Source: a virus
Lineage: Duplodnaviria; Caudoviricetes
Virus record (IMG/VR): IMGVR_UViG_3300030106_006557
Span: 1 to 53,696 of that record
Strand: one strand, 5' to 3'
Length of the DNA stretch: 53,696 nt
The notes beneath the pieces were generated by a model that worked only from the letters and a program-made list of their open reading frames with translations, was not told the DNA's origin and searched no databases. Both the position numbers and the translations under genes were made by a program. Below, in pieces: positions 53,438 through 53,696 of the stretch; the stretch's first letter is position 1; each line of letters begins with the position of its first letter.

Positions 53438-53574
53438 AGATAAGATTTTATCGAACAGCTAATATAAGTCTTTTGTTCGTTTTTTTACGGAAATATTTGC
53501 GAGAAACATGCACCTACACTCGTCCCCCACACAGGCGTGTCGCGTGGAGATTTTGGCGTGAATTCTGCTTTAAA

Positions 53575-53587
53575 AATCAACGATTTA
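53575..53587 (+). promoter_or_regulatory. IHF consensus AATCAACGATTTA next to the octamer array
   Basis: Exact WATCAANNNNTTR match. Confidence 0.5.
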
Positions 53588-53619
53588 ACCTTTATTGATC
53601 CGGAGTCCCTTGGGTACGG

Positions 53620-53696
53620 CCAGCGATCCAGCGATCCAGCGATCCAGCGATCCAGCGATCCAGCGATCCAGCGATCCAGCGATCCAGCGATCCAGC
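53620..53696. repeat. (CCAGCGAT)9.6 tandem array, truncated by the window end
   Basis: Direct reading. Confidence 0.97.

Noticed and set aside
1-53696. Integrase/att sites, RNA polymerase, tRNAs, reverse transcriptase/DGR, introns or inteins
   Set aside because: No supporting motifs seen; PolA, TerL and the helicases look uninterrupted. A tRNAscan/Infernal run would be needed to exclude RNAs fully
1-53696. Alternative genetic code
   Set aside because: Standard code gives dense, tightly coupled ORFs ending in TAA, TAG and TGA

Overview
The window looks like an essentially complete, circularly closable genome of a lytic dsDNA tailed phage with podovirus-like organisation, probably aquatic. 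Both ends run into the same (CCAGCGAT)n array. Layout: (1) 0.2-8.7 kb is an early/accessory region of small genes built as sigma70 promoter-RBS-gene-terminator cassettes that diverge at about 5.4 kb (GP88-like, DUF932, C39-like peptidase, XF1762/Mom-like GNAT). (2) 8.7-17.6 kb is a replication module: 2OG-Fe(II) oxygenase, RHH regulator, Leu762-type PolA, UvrD-like helicase, AEP primase, SSB-like protein and SNF2-like helicase. (3) 17.6-53.4 kb is a minus-strand morphogenesis module: ejection proteins, tail/fibre genes, small basic proteins, Mu-gpT-like major capsid protein, scaffold, GroES, M15 endolysin/holin, portal, TerL, a PD-(D/E)xK nuclease and TerS. I saw no integrase, RNA polymerase, tRNA or CRISPR array. 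Gene content resembles, from memory and unverified, HTVC023P-like/uvMED marine podophages. The most interesting signals are non-coding or sub-genic. They are: a 17-bp tandem-heptamer operator (TATRVGA-N3-TATRVGA) at about 11 sites, including the RHH gene's own promoter; a host-type parS site and IHF sites; a double-pseudoknot RNA after the capsid gene (Mu-gpT-DE-like); two MDAI* minigenes duplicated in front of terL; and short linear motifs shared by unrelated virion proteins. All family calls come from motif recognition by eye; no searches were run.
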